DNA from: Saprolegnia diclina VS20
Taxonomy: Eukaryota
DNA length: 64,000 nucleotides
NCBI RefSeq assembly: GCF_000281045.1
Contig: NW_008246144.1
Location: 177,885 to 241,884 of the forward strand
Direction: 5' to 3'
How positions within the stretch are numbered: position 1 is the stretch's first letter; every line of letters starts with the position of its first letter. The position numbers and the translations under genes were made by a program. The notes under the pieces were generated by a model. That model was not told the DNA's origin. It made no database searches and worked only from the letters and a program-made list of their open reading frames with translations. This document shows, in pieces, positions 11,675 through 23,992 of the stretch.

Positions 11675-12958
11675 TTACTTCAAGAGACCGATCAGCGACA
11701 GCACAGTCATGAGCACGCCGCTGGCGACGAGGAATGCGCCGCCGTACTTGAGCTTGGCGTTCACCTGGTTGACGCCGACTTGCCAGAGAAAGAGGCCTAT
11801 GCATCTCGTATGAGCTCCAAAATGCAGTGCAGTCGTACCTGGCACTGCAAAGTTGAGGAGGATGTCGCCGACGGCGCCGACAAAGCCCATGATCATGCTC
11901 AGGTCCTTGCACGTAATCGCAAGGACGTACGCGCCAACGAGCGACGCCATTGTCCAAGAGGTGCGCGTGGAACGCGAGACGTCGCCGTCGCCGACAGCAA
12001 CGGCCTCGAGCACATGCAGGAAGGGCTGGAAGATGAGCGGGATCTTTAGCACCATGCACGTGCCAAGCACGATGCGGACGCTGTTGACGAGCGGGTCGTC
12101 GGACGCAAAGCCCGTGAGGATGTCGGGCACGATCGCGCCGTGGAAGCACACGTAGCCGAGGAAGCTGAAGCAGGCGTAGAGCACGCACCTAGAGACATAC
12201 ATATGTATACATCATGCTCGCCAGTAGAGATACCCGAAGAACATGGTGGTAAAGTTGATCGCGTGCATCTGCGCCTTGTGCTGGAGCTCGCCGTAGACGC
12301 GGACAGAGTTGATTTGGCAGCCAAAGGCCAGCGCTTGAAGCGGGATCGTGTACAGCACGCCGTCCACCGAGATGGCTGGCGACGCCTCCGGGAGCCCGCC
12401 CGTCTGCACCGCGCGCACAAACAGCACCAGAAAGATGTAGCCCATGCAGCCGACGACGATCGAGTTGGAGTGGCGCAGCGCGTAGAGCGACTCGGCGAGG
12501 CAGAGCGGGATCGCGACGAGCGTAAAGAGCGCGCCGATCACATACCGACTCACATACGCAGCGACGAACGGGTGCAAGAGGTCCATGGCGACGACCATGA
12601 AGACCGCCATGATGCCAAAGAGCAGCACGAGCGTGAGCAGACGCACAAACCACTGGCGGCCGCGGCCAAAGAGCACGCTGCTCATGCCCTCGAACGAGTA
12701 CTCGCCGGTTGCGTCTGCGGTGACGATGCACGCGTAGCACGACACGAACGCAAAGCCGGCCATGACGACGAAGAGGAGTGTGCACCCGAGGACGCCGGTC
12801 ATCGCCATCGTACTCGGAAGCGCGAGCGCGCCGGCGCCCATCATGGTGCCCACGAGCGCAAAGGTCGACGTCCAGAACGTTCCTTGCGGCAGCGGCGCCG
12901 ACGCGCCATGCTCGTCACCGGCCTTGACCAGGAGCGCGCTCTGCTCGTTACGTGCCAT
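11675..12958 (-). CDS. amino acid/auxin permease (AAAP, Aa_trans) family; 1 of 4
   Basis: TMMGAGALALP, AFGCQINSVRVYGEL, GYVCF..DIL..F; introns 12233-12189 and 11838-11797. Confidence 0.9.
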
Positions 12959-13541
12959 TGGAAAATGATGACAAACGAGGTTGCCCTTTTGCATACACCG
13001 GGGTATGGCGCTGAAAAGGCATACTCGCCCGGGGCACGGTCGAGGGTCATTGTCTGGGAGAAACCGGATATTGACCGAATTAGGACTTTGCAGGTGGGCA
13101 AAACTCAACAAGATTCGGTTTTCCACCGAGGGTGTGGACAGGAGTGGGAGACGGCAAGTTGAAGTTGGTGAGGTCGCCAGAGCCCCTTTTTTACTCCATG
13201 TCACGAGTCAACCAACGGCCACGAGAGCGCGACCGTACCAGATTCCAGATTCCAGATCTGGCAGCGGATCTTACTGACGGGGCGTCGTCGATGTCTCCCT
13301 CCTCTCGACAACCGATGCCCGATGTCGAGGCGAACGTCCCGCCACTCCGCCGGCAACGATGTAGCGGCACGCGGCTGCGAAGGAAGGTCACCGAAGGGCA
13401 GAGGATCGGTCATTCGAACGCTGTGCTGGCGATGATGACGGCTTCGTGCCAGTGGTGGTGGTGCAATGCCCAAGCCGACGATCTTCAAGGTCTTACTATC
13501 AAGGTATCAACGAGCATATGAACGATATGCACATTGTATTA

Positions 13542-14851
13542 CTACGCAATGGCGGTGGCGACGAGGCCGTAGATGGCGACACCCGAAAGCGTGAGCCCGA
13601 GAAGCATCAAGAGCACGGCTAAGATCTTGTAGAAGGTCGTGCCCGGGAGCGCAAACGCCGGGCCTTGGGTCACTTCAAAGAGGAAAAAGCCGGGGAGCAC
13701 GAGCATGACGACGCTGCCGACGACTGCGCCAAACCAAAACAGCGTCAGACCGAGGCCCGGGCTCAGCACGGCGAGGCCGCCGGCGAGGGCGAAGAAGACC
13801 TACAATACAATGTCAAAACCAAGTCGACTCGGGAGTTGAACCCGCACCAGCGTGGCCACCATGCGGAAGACGAGGCGCCCGACCGACTTGCGCTCGGCAA
13901 AGTACGTGTCTTCGAAGATGTCGCGGAGTGGAAAGAACGTGCGCGGAATCGAGACGAGGAGCGCGCTCGCAAGCACGACACGGAGCACGTTGACGTCCCA
14001 AGCGTCAGACGCAAAGGACGCGAGGACATTGTCGGCCGGCGTCCCGCTCGTCGCGAGGTACCCGAAGGTCGCGACCGCGTAGTAGACGCCGAGGCTAAAG
14101 ACGACGACGAGGAGAGGCAGGTATCGCTGCGTCGTGAGCGCCTGCTGGCCGTCGCCAATCGTGCCGTACGTCCGCAGGAGCTGGACATGCCCGAGGAAGC
14201 TCGAGAGCTGGATCGGGACGACGTAGCTCACGTCCATCCAGTTGGACGACGCCGCGTTCGATGGCCAGGACCCGCCGACCGAGTGGCCCGAGAGGCTCAG
14301 CGCAAGGTACAGCGCACAGAGCACGATCTACAAACAGTCCATGACTCGTCCCTTGAGCGAAAGAAAACGTGTACCAAGTGGCGGGACCAGTGGAGAAAGT
14401 TGGGCACAACGTCCGGCAAACAGAGCGGGAACGGGACAAGGCAGAGGAGCGCGCAGATCGCGGGGCGCGAGAGGCCCACGAATGGCGCGACGAGGTCCGT
14501 GGCCACGAGGAGGTAGATGACCACCGTGCCGACGAGCGGGAGGAGCGTGATGGCGCGGATGAGCTGGCCATGGTGCGGCGAGCAGAGCCGCCTCGTGATG
14601 GCTTCGTACGAGTACGCTTGTGTGGCATGGGCGACGACGGTCAGCGAGTGCAGCGACGCGAGCGAGAGGAGTCCGGTTGCGCCGAGGGCGACAAGGGCCG
14701 GCGTCGGCTGCGCGACCACGAGCGTGTGGGGCAGCGCGAGGAGGCCCGCGCCGAGGATCGAGGACGAGAGCGTGAGGAAGGATGAGGCGAAGCTGGCGCC
14801 GGGGCTGGCGCGGATCGACTTGAGGGGCAGGAGCAGGCGGCGCTCGCTCAT
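13542..14851 (-). CDS. AAAP amino acid permease; 2 of 4 (most divergent)
   Basis: SILGAGLLALP, GYLATSG..NVLASF; introns 14374-14328 and 13847-13800. Confidence 0.85.
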
Positions 14852-14894
14852 TCGTCTTCTCTCGTGTGTTGTTGACTGCGATAATATCCAAAAC

Positions 14895-15042
14895 GCCCAA
14901 TGGTCCCTGATTGGCCAAAATACTGCGACAAGTCACTTTCATTGGTCAAAAGCATGCAATAATGAGCGAAAATGATCGCCTTGCCCAAGCCGGCGATGAC
15001 TGCTCATTGGTGCAAAAGAAGGTGATACGCAAGTGGATTGGC
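14895..15042 (-). promoter_or_regulatory. cluster of CCAAT/ATTGG boxes upstream of AAAP gene 2
   Basis: Five CCAAT/ATTGG pentamers within about 150 bp upstream of ATG 14851. Confidence 0.4.
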
Positions 15043-15271
15043 TAAAATGGTTCGGAATAGCGACCGCACTGGCGTCAGAAGCTACGATGGACAACCGAGA
15101 CGGTGTCGACCGCACACAACCCAGCCGACCATCGACCTCCGTCGGGCCACGTGGCGCCTGCGAGGACCAAGTGGCCTCGACCAGGGCTGATCCGACAACC
15201 CGGCGACCCTCAACGACCCGCTGCCACCGCCACACCAGCACGCGAGCTCATCTATGGCGAGTGTATGTGGC

Positions 15272-16540
15272 TTAGAGAAAGGACCAGAGCGCGAGGGCGA
15301 GTAAGCTCGTGCCAATGAGGATCATGGCGCGGGCGAGATGCAAGTGCCACTGCACCATGGGCAGGAAGCCTTGGTCGAGCGCCTTCTTGAGAAAGACGCC
15401 GGGCACAATGAACGAGACGACGAGGCCGGCCGAGGCGCCAACCCACGCCATGACGTGGCTCAAGTCGGTGGCGGCCACGGCGGCGGCGCCCGCGCCCAGC
15501 AGAAAGCCCTAGCGACAGCATCAAGCAGTGTTGGTAGCGCATTTAGATATACCAAAATCAGCAGCACGCGGTAGGGCAGCCGGAGGTGCTCGATCTTGGG
15601 CCGCATGTACCAGAGCTCGACGACCTCCCGGAACGGCTGGAACACGAGCGGCGTCTTGCACCACATGCACATGGCGAGCGCGGCCTTGACGCCCGAGATG
15701 CTCACGTCAGCGAGCGGAAAGCCGTCGAGGATGTCGGCGGGCGGCGCGCCGCCGAGGCAGACGTAGCCCGCGATCGACGCAATCGTATACAAGACAAGCC
15801 CAGACGCAAGCGCATACGCTGCGATATGCGTGATCGACGACTTGCAGCGCAGCTCGCCGTACGCACGCACAAAGTTGAAGTGGCAGCAAAAGCTCAGCGT
15901 CTGGATCGGCAGCACCGAGGCGAGGCCAACCAAGGTAACGTCATGCGCGGGCGCGGGCCAAGGCTTGTCGACTGCATGGCCCACGAGCACGAGGACGACG
16001 TAGAGGACGCATGCGACCACCTACGATCGACATGATGGAATGAGTTGCAGCCGCGATCCATACCATGGCACTCGAATAGCGCAGCGCGTGGAGCGTGTCG
16101 GGGAGGCAGAGGGGAAAGAGACACACGACAAACACCAAAGTGATGCTCGCGCGCGAGAGCGGCAGCACAGGCGCGACCATGTCGGCGGCGATGACCATGT
16201 ACAGGACCGCGCCGCCAAAGAGCGGGAGTAACGTCACGAGCCGCAGGCACCAGAGCTCGACGCGCGTGCAGAGGAGACGGCCCATGGCCTCGTACGAGTA
16301 CGCGTCGGTAGCGTCGGCGACCAAGGCCAAGCAGAGGAACGAGAGGCCCGTGAGTGCGGCGTTGAGGATGAGCAGCACGACGCTCGGGACGACGGTCGCA
16401 CTGGCGACGGTGCTAGGCAGCGCGAGGACGCCCGCGCCCAGCATGGAGCACATGAGCGATACGTAGGAGGATGCGACCGTGCCATGCGGCCGCGCCAAGA
16501 ACGACGACGTGTCCTTGAAGAGCAGCGGCGTGTACTCCAT
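15272..16540 (-). CDS. AAAP amino acid permease; 3 of 4
   Basis: MEYTPLLF..SMLGAGVLALP..SFCCHFNFVRAYGEL; introns 16063-16021 and 15552-15509. Confidence 0.88.
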
Positions 16541-16734
16541 CGTCGACCTTCGAGTGCGAGCCAATCTGCAGGATTGTATCCGGATACGATGCACTTCCCA
16601 CAACCGTCTCCCATCCGTGGGATATCTCTGCAGTGTCTCAATAAGAGCTGAGGCCAGACCGACTGCATCGCGCAGGTCAAGACCATGGAGCTGTACGAGC
16701 AATGGTTATATGTACTATGGGGTCTACGGCCTCT

Positions 16735-17984
16735 CTACTTGGTGATTGAGATGATCGTGAGCGCAACGCCCGTGGCCATCATGCCGACGGCGACCACGCG
16801 GCCGCGGGTCTTGTCGGTAGGCGTCCATTCGTTGTACGCGTCGTTGGCCACTTGCCACACAAAGTAGCCAGGCACAGTGAAGGCGAGGAGGATGCCGGTC
16901 GTGCCGCCGATCCAGCCCATGACGACGCCAACGTCTTCGGCCGTCACGGCGAGCACAAAGGCCGCGAGCAGAAAGATCTAATCACCAACCATCAGCATCT
17001 TAACTCGGGACAACCATGACGACGTACCGATGTGGCGAGGACGCGGAACGGGAGGCGGTGGCGCGCCTCGGCGTGCGTCATGGGCCCGAGGAAGACGGTC
17101 TCAATGACCTCGCGGATCGGCTGAAAGGTCACGGGCGTCTTGCACATCATGCACAGGCCAAGCGCGATGCGGACGCCGTTGATGCTCGCGTCCTCGGACG
17201 AAAAGCCCGTGAGAATGTCGGCCGGCGGCATCCCGTTGAAGCAGACGTAGCCCGCGATCGACGCAATCAAGTACAAGGCCGCGCCCGAGCCCATGATGAG
17301 CGTCGACACGATCGTGATCTGGCTCCGGTGCACGAGCTCGCCGTACGCGCGGGGCACGTTGAGGTGGCAGCAGAAGCTCAGCGCTTGGATCGGGACGGCG
17401 TACGCGATCGCGCCGTACGTCACGTGCGTCGTCGACGGCGTCGGCCAGTCCATGCCGATCGCATGCCACGAGAGCACGACCACGATGTAGAGCACGCAGA
17501 GGACGACGAAGAAGTTGGTGTAGCGCAGCGCGTGGATCGTGTCGGGGAGGCAGAGCGGGAGGCAGATGATCGTGAAGAGTGCGCCGAGCTCAAAGCGCGA
17601 GAGCGGCACGAACGGCTCGAGCATGTCCATCGAGATGACGATGTACATGACGACGGCGCCGAAGAGGAGGCCCATGGTCATGGCGCGGATGCCCCAAAGC
17701 ACGAGCGGGCCGCAGAGGCGCTTGGAGAGAAGCTCGTATGAGTAGACGCCGGTGGCGTTGCAGGCGACGACAAGGCACGCGCACGCAAGGAGGCTCAGCG
17801 CTGTCACGGCCGCGAGGATGAGGAGGTTGGGCAGCACGTGGGTCGCGCCCATGGTGCTCGGGAGCGCGAGGATACATGCGCCGGCCATCGTGCTCATGAG
17901 GCCGAGGTACGACGTCGCGATCGTCGCGTGCTGGTCAATGTCCTCGGCGTCAGCAGGGCGCAGCAGCGGCTTGGCCTCCCGCAT
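16735..17984 (-). CDS. AAAP amino acid permease; 4 of 4
   Basis: TMAGACILALP..SFCCHLNVPRAYGEL; single intron 17027-16978. Confidence 0.9.
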
Positions 17985-18536
17985 CCTCGTCGTCTTGCAA
18001 ATCAGAAACTGATTGCAAATGCGATTTGGATTTCACATGGATCACTGGATGTTTGTATGCATATAGAAACTTCAAGTCATTATACACCATCACGCTCCCA
18101 CCGACGATACGAAGAAAGGCCACTGGCGACTTGAACCCAAGTTGGATGGACGCGCCAAGGTACTCGGCCCCGCGAGGAGCGGTACTGACTCGTAGTGAAT
18201 ACTACTAGTACATTGGACCTGGTCCGACTCAGACGCAGCGTGGCCAGCGTCGACGGCGGCGGCGCCAACTCGAGCCCACTCGGCTGCGACGCGCGTAATG
18301 GCCGGCGACAAACCGCTTGGCTCGATTGCGCAACTGGCCGCAACTGCCATCACCCGCGCGACCACCTGCTTCGCATTTGGGGTCGCTGCAAGGCCAGGCG
18401 TCACGACGGTCTTTCTCGAGTGTGTCTCGATCTTGACGACTCCAAGGAACCTTCTCTCGTTGACATTGCACTTGGTCGCTGAGCTCATGTAGAAAGAGAT
18501 TGTTATATAGAGCAATGTGAATTGAAAAGAAGCTCA

Positions 18537-20281
18537 TTAGACCATGGCCTGGCCACCGCGCTCTTCGACGAGGAGCTTCCAGAACTCGTGCGTCTCGGCG
18601 ACGACCGACTCGGCAAAGTCGCGGTTCATGCACTTGCCCTCGTACGCAAACTGGTTGATGCTCGGCATCTTGTAGTCGCGGAGCCAGTCGTGGATGGCGG
18701 CGATGCAGCCGGGCATGTGCGCCTCAATGTCGGCGACGTCATGGATCTTGGAGGCGTAATGGTCCTCGACGTTGATGCAAATGACCTTCCAGTCCGTCTC
18801 GTTGTCGTCGATGAGCGCGAGCACACCGAGGACCTTGACCTGCACGATCGAGCCGACGTTCCACTTCTTGGTACCAATCTCAATCACATCGAGCGGGTCG
18901 TTGTCGCCGCCGCAGCCGGTACCTTCCGTGATGTGGTTCGGGTCTTCCCACGTCTGGGGGAGCGCGCCGTAGTTGAACATCATGTCGCCCCAGCCATACT
19001 CGCGGAGCTTGCCGTTCTTCGTGTCCTGCTTGATCGGGTTGAAGGGCTCGCCCGTCGCGATCTCAAACTTCTTGCGGCTCCACTTGGGAATTTCGCACAC
19101 AAAGTTGACGCTGCCGTCCGCGTTGTAGAGCGGAATGTCGTGCCACGGCGAGATGCGGACCTTGGAGCCGTCGCGGTGGTGGTAGACAAAGTTGACGCGG
19201 AACTCGAAGGACGGGCACGGCCCTGTCATCTCGGTCTCAATGTTGCCGATCGCGGGGTTGGCGATGCGCGCCTTGAGGAACTTGAACTTGGCCTGGTAGC
19301 TAGAGGCAATGTGAGACAAAGTGCAAACTCAAGTGCAAACTCGTACCGCTGCATGGCTTCGCTCGGGTTCTCGTTCTTGTGGTCTTCGTTCCACCACTTC
19401 ATGAACGACACAAAGTTGACGTTGCCCTCGACCGGGTTCATGTACGCAAGCGCCTCCTGGGCCTCAATGTCCGTGATGGGCTCACCGAGGCGCGCGTGGA
19501 GCTTCTGCAAGTCCGACGCGTTGATGCTGCCGTTGCTGTTCGAGTCGAAGAGCGAGAAGATCTGCTTCATGCGCTCCATCTCGCGCGGCTCGAGCGCGAT
19601 CGGCGTGCCGTCTTCCAACACACTGCCGCGGCGCTGGCGACCGCCACGCGCGCGCACGTCCGAGACGGTCTTGTCCGTCTTCTCATACACGGCGAGCTCC
19701 GAGCGGAGCGTCGAGACCTGCGAGCGGAGGTCCTCAAGCTCCGTAAGGAGGATCGGAAGGTCGGCGTCTTCACCGCGCCACGAGTCGGAGCGGAGCGTGC
19801 GGAACGAAGCCGCAGCACGGGGCGAGCCCGTCGGCGACGCCGCGCCGTTGCGCGCATACGGCGCAAGCTCGCCGTCAGCGACCTCGGGCGCGTTGTCGAG
19901 CTGCGCCTGCATCGCCGTCATCCACTTGTTGCGCTCGTCGTCCGAGTCACAGTAGACGCGGAAGCACTTGTTGGTGGGCGTGTAAAACTAGGTACATGTG
20001 CATGAGCCTAGGATACCACGGTATGGCGTGTCTACCTGGAAGCCGTGCGGCTTGCCGTCCCAGTCGTGCACCGAGCAGTACGGGATCTTGCCCTTGAGCG
20101 AGCCCTCGGCGGCGGCCTCTTCCGACTCGTAGTAGAAGATCGCGAGCGCGCTCTCCTGCAGGACGCAGTAGCGGCGCTTCCAGATGAGCGAGCTCTTCTC
20201 GGCCTGGTTGTAGAGGTAGCCGGCGACGGGCGCCGAGACCGCGGCCTTCTGCACGAACGCGTCGAACGAAGCTTGGCTCAT
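18537..20281 (-). CDS. PH domain + coiled coil + EF-hand pair + soluble inorganic pyrophosphatase (family I) fusion
   Basis: Exon 1 PH (GYLYNQ..WKRRYCVL..KGKIP); intron 20035-19988; PH end ERNKWMTAMQ; EF-hand DSNSNGSINASDL; intron 19346-19300; PPase ISPWHDIPL, NYGALPQTWEDP, GDNDPLDV, DETDWK-like. Both splices keep the frame. Confidence 0.88.
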
Positions 20282-20308
20282 GATCTTCTAGTCTTGACTG
20301 GTCCGTAG

Positions 20309-20323
20309 CAAATTGGCGAATGC
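20309..20323 (-). promoter_or_regulatory. oomycete INR+FPR core promoter
   Basis: GCATTCGCCAATTTG, about 28 nt upstream of ATG 20281. Confidence 0.6.
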
Positions 20324-21522
20324 GTCGGCGTTTCAAGGGAAACCCTGCGCCGGATACCCACGTCGGTTTCCGGATACCAGCCACAAAAATAGTGTGCATT
20401 CACAACGTGCGGCCACGATGCTGGCGAGCACCGCGTCCGACGGCTTGCCGCCGTCGTGGCGCCTGCAAAGCATTCGAATGGCATATCGTGGCCGCGGTAC
20501 ACGTATATATACTATCACGTTTACGTAAAGTGGACGAGTTGTCTCTAAATGCGCGGACACATCGAGGTTGACGTCAAAATCAACCACTTCAAGGTCGGAA
20601 CGTCGCGATTGCTCGGCGCCAGTGACGAGTATCGCGCTGGCGCCAGCAGCAACGGGTCGTCTACTGGTCGCACTTTTACTTGCACTTGTTCGTTGGACGA
20701 TTTCGTGCGAGGCAACAGAGCCATTGCCCGCAACCTGCAAGGCGCGTGCCACGCGTCGTACACTATTTGCGTTTCGATCGAAACGTGTGTCACACTGAAA
20801 TGCGAAAGGAGCGACGCCCAATTCGTCCGAATTTCAACGTGGGGCTCGTAGAAGCAGGGCTAGTAATGCCCACGTCGACAAGGGTCCTCCAGAGCGTCCT
20901 CGGGAACTACGTCGTTTTTGGAATTGTTTTTCCAGGAATTTCGTTGATTTATGCAGGAATTCTTGGCTTTGAATCCCACTTTGCATATCACGCGTCTGTC
21001 CGCTCCTGGATTCCTCCTCCCGGCAGGGGATCGGGGGCAAGACGCAAGCGTTTGCAAGGCGTCTACTAGTAGAGCTTGACGCGAGCTCATGTGCAATGGA
21101 ATGTGTCACGCACCATGGAACGAGGCCATATCCTTGTCATTGATGTTGAGACTAGGACGCCCGACCTGTTTTGAGCGAATTTGCCCCAGTTGTCCGGATG
21201 TTGAAGATTCACCCGACTCAGCCCTCCGCCCAAAGGATGCTACCAAGCTACGCTGATGCCGCAGAGCTCGTGCACTCTACTAGGCAATGTTCTCCATCGT
21301 GGTCTCGACGACTTTTGCCATGGCAGGCAGCGTTCCACGAGCGCCCTCGTCGGCGCGTCGTCGTGAGCTATCCGGATGATTGGCTTGGAATTGTCGCGAC
21401 GGTAACATGTGCGACATTCCCTGGCGCCAAATTTCCAAAGCGCCGTGGCAAGGCCTCTGCACGAAGGTCGCTGCCACCTTCAGTGTACTGGCAAATCTGT
21501 ACTGCAGTCGTGTTGATGGAGC

Positions 21523-22545
21523 TTATGTCTCACAGTCCCAGGCAAAACCGATGGCATCGAGGGCAGCTATGCGCTCCGCCGCTAAAGTACCGGTGAGTCT
21601 GCCTTGGCGAAAGTACCAGGCCGCGGCCCCGAGATTGATCCCCGCGAGATCTGCGGGCCACGCGTCGTCCGAGGGCACGGTGAACGTGCTGGAGATGTGG
21701 AGGTTGCCATACATCGACTTGTAGCGTCCAAAGCCGCGCAGCTTTGTCTCGAACGACTCTTTGTTGGCGTCCCAGACAAACCCCAGCGCGTTCAGCTGCG
21801 TCCGGCGCTCTTGCGTGATCACTGCGTCGCCCGACCGGATGTAGTTGACGACGGACCCGAGCTTGTAGTGCCAGAGGCGCTGCGGCCACGCTGGGTCGTT
21901 CGCTGGTACGACAAAGATGAACGGGACCAATGTGTGGCCATACTGCGTTTTGAAGATGCGCAAGGCTTCAATGCGCTGGTCCCACTTGGCTGCAAACGCG
22001 TCCCACGCAAAGCCCAGCTCGGCGAGCTGCGCATGGCGCGCTGGTGGACACTTGGCCTCGCCTTGCGCGCGCAGCTTAGTGACCATCGTACCGAGTCGGG
22101 CGCCCCACATCTCGACGGGCCACGCCGGGTCGCCAGAAGGCACGACAAAGTCTTGGCGCACGAGGACGTGCTCGTACATGTGCTTGTGGACGCGGAGCGC
22201 GGAGATGAAGAGCGCCCAGCGGTGCTCGAGTGGGCGCCACAAGAAGCCAGCGGTCGTCAAGGCCTCTACAAACGACGCCGGAAGGCTACCTTTTTTGCCG
22301 AGCGTTCGAAGACCGGTGATGTGGATGGTCTTGCCGTGGAGGTGCTCGGGCAGCGCCGGGTCCGGCGGCACCGTGTACCGCCCCGGCAGCAGCGTGACGC
22401 CGGTCGCAGCCTGTTGCCGGTCGCGCTCAAACTGCACGACGAGCAATATGTCGTCGAGCGCCCGCAGCGAGATGGCGCCGCTACTGCTTGCATGGCGGTG
22501 GCGCGCGCCGGCAACTTGCAGTCCGAGCCAGCCACGGCGGAACAT
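21523..22545 (-). CDS. helicase-associated (HA) repeat protein, no helicase domain
   Basis: Three repeats of [WF]..L..[FHY]K..YG..F.VP..D.AWP..LG..R..L..[LI]GF.WD; intronless. Likely start MFRRGW at 22545. Confidence 0.85.
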   Translation of the reverse strand: MFRRGWLGLQVAGARHRHASSSGAISLRALDDILLVVQFERDRQQAATGVTLLPGRYTVPPDPALPEHLHGKTIHITGLRTLGKKGSLPASFVEALTTAGFLWRPLEHRWALFISALRVHKHMYEHVLVRQDFVVPSGDPAWPVEMWGARLGTMVTKLRAQGEAKCPPARHAQLAELGFAWDAFAAKWDQRIEALRIFKTQYGHTLVPFIFVVPANDPAWPQRLWHYKLGSVVNYIRSGDAVITQERRTQLNALGFVWDANKESFETKLRGFGRYKSMYGNLHISSTFTVPSDDAWPADLAGINLGAAAWYFRQGRLTGTLAAERIAALDAIGFAWDCET

Positions 22546-22898
22546 GACGATTGAAACCAAGCCGGATACGCAACTCGTATCCGGAACGCCCATCGTCAAC
22601 CCTCCTCAAACAGTGTTTTGTACAGAGTCTACATCTTGGCAAGATCCGGGTTGCCAACGAGACACCTCCTCTGCTAACCTCAGCAGCTAACTCGTTGAGC
22701 TTGACACGAGCAAGCATGGATGTGTGTCCTCCACTTGAGCACCAACGTTGCATGGCAGCGAGGCCCGATCGTCGGCCACCGAGATCATCATCGCCCACGT
22801 CCTCAGACGGCTTCTCTCGCTACAGTGCAAGTACGTGCTAACCACGGGGCTTGAGTCATCCCACTGGAGCTTTAACTCGGGTAGATTGTTTAAGAGCG

Positions 22899-23915
22899 CT
22901 ACATGGAGGTGGGGCACGTGTCTAGAAGCACTTTGACGACGAGGTTGACGGTCTCGGTGGCCACAACGAGGGGCTGCATCGCGTGGATAAAGTGGCCGGC
23001 GCCATGCACAACAACGGGTCCTCGTCGTCGCTCGGCGTTGGTGATTTCGACGAGGCCATTGTTGTATGCGTGCCAGAACGGATGTGTGAACTGCTCGACG
23101 ATCTCGGGCGATACCTCGGGCATCGCGATCGACTCTTGCAGAAACACTGCCGGGTCGTGCTCGAGCACCGTCACGTACGGACCGATCGTTGGTGTCGCGA
23201 GCAGCTTGGGCGCGTTCGCGTGCGGCAGGAGCTCCTTGAGGTTCTTGCGCGAGAAGCCCTCGGCGTTGCCAACGTCTGGGTGGAAGCGTGCGTTAAGGGC
23301 TGCGCGGGCGCGCCGCAGCATCTCGGGCGTCACGTGCATCTCGTCCGGAATTGACTCTTTGTCCGGGTCGGGAATGATGAGGCCGTAATGTGAGTTGGCA
23401 ATGATCGAGTCGGCCAGCACCAATGCGTGCACGCGTCGAGGGTACACCTGCGCGTATAGCCGCGCGACCGCACACCCGATCGAGTTGGCGACAAAGACGA
23501 GGGGCGGCAGCTGGCCCCCGGGCAAAGCCAGAAGCTGCGCGACGACGTACAAGAGCTCGTTCAAGTCGGCGACGACGTCCAAGGCGTCGTGGCCGTGGCT
23601 CGGGTCCGGCGCCGTGGCATCTGCTGGGTCCTTGTCCGTCGTACGCCCTTGCCCATATCGGTCGTACGACATGAGCAGTACCTGTGATGCCACTGGCAGC
23701 GCGCGCTGCGCCAGAAGCGCAGGGATGGCGTCGGCCACCGGGAACCACGAGTCCTGGGGCAGGCCGAGCCCGTTGAGGAAGACGACGAGGACGCTCGAGA
23801 GCGGCGCGTTCAAGTCGACGTCGGCGGCGGCGAGGTCCGGCGACTCCCAGCGCCGCGTGTGCACCGAGAGGAGCGCCGTCGGCTTGGACGGCAACGCGAT
23901 GCCATGCTCCTCCAT
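22899..23915 (-). CDS. alpha/beta hydrolase (Abhydrolase_6-like)
   Basis: VFLNGLG, YDRYGQG, nucleophile elbow ANSIG, C-terminal GAGHFIH; intronless. Confidence 0.85.
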   Translation of the reverse strand: MEEHGIALPSKPTALLSVHTRRWESPDLAAADVDLNAPLSSVLVVFLNGLGLPQDSWFPVADAIPALLAQRALPVASQVLLMSYDRYGQGRTTDKDPADATAPDPSHGHDALDVVADLNELLYVVAQLLALPGGQLPPLVFVANSIGCAVARLYAQVYPRRVHALVLADSIIANSHYGLIIPDPDKESIPDEMHVTPEMLRRARAALNARFHPDVGNAEGFSRKNLKELLPHANAPKLLATPTIGPYVTVLEHDPAVFLQESIAMPEVSPEIVEQFTHPFWHAYNNGLVEITNAERRRGPVVVHGAGHFIHAMQPLVVATETVNLVVKVLLDTCPTSM

Positions 23916-23992
23916 TTTTGCGATCTTCGATTATTGAAAAAAAGAGGTTTTATTGTGTTTCGAGAGTTTTGGCAAGCACTTCAACTTGGTTC

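Noticed and set aside
13201..13488. Kinase-like relic (KIVGLGIA); similar weak hints at about 21250-21480 and 18200-18490
   Set aside because: Only isolated few-residue resemblances; no ordered kinase motifs.
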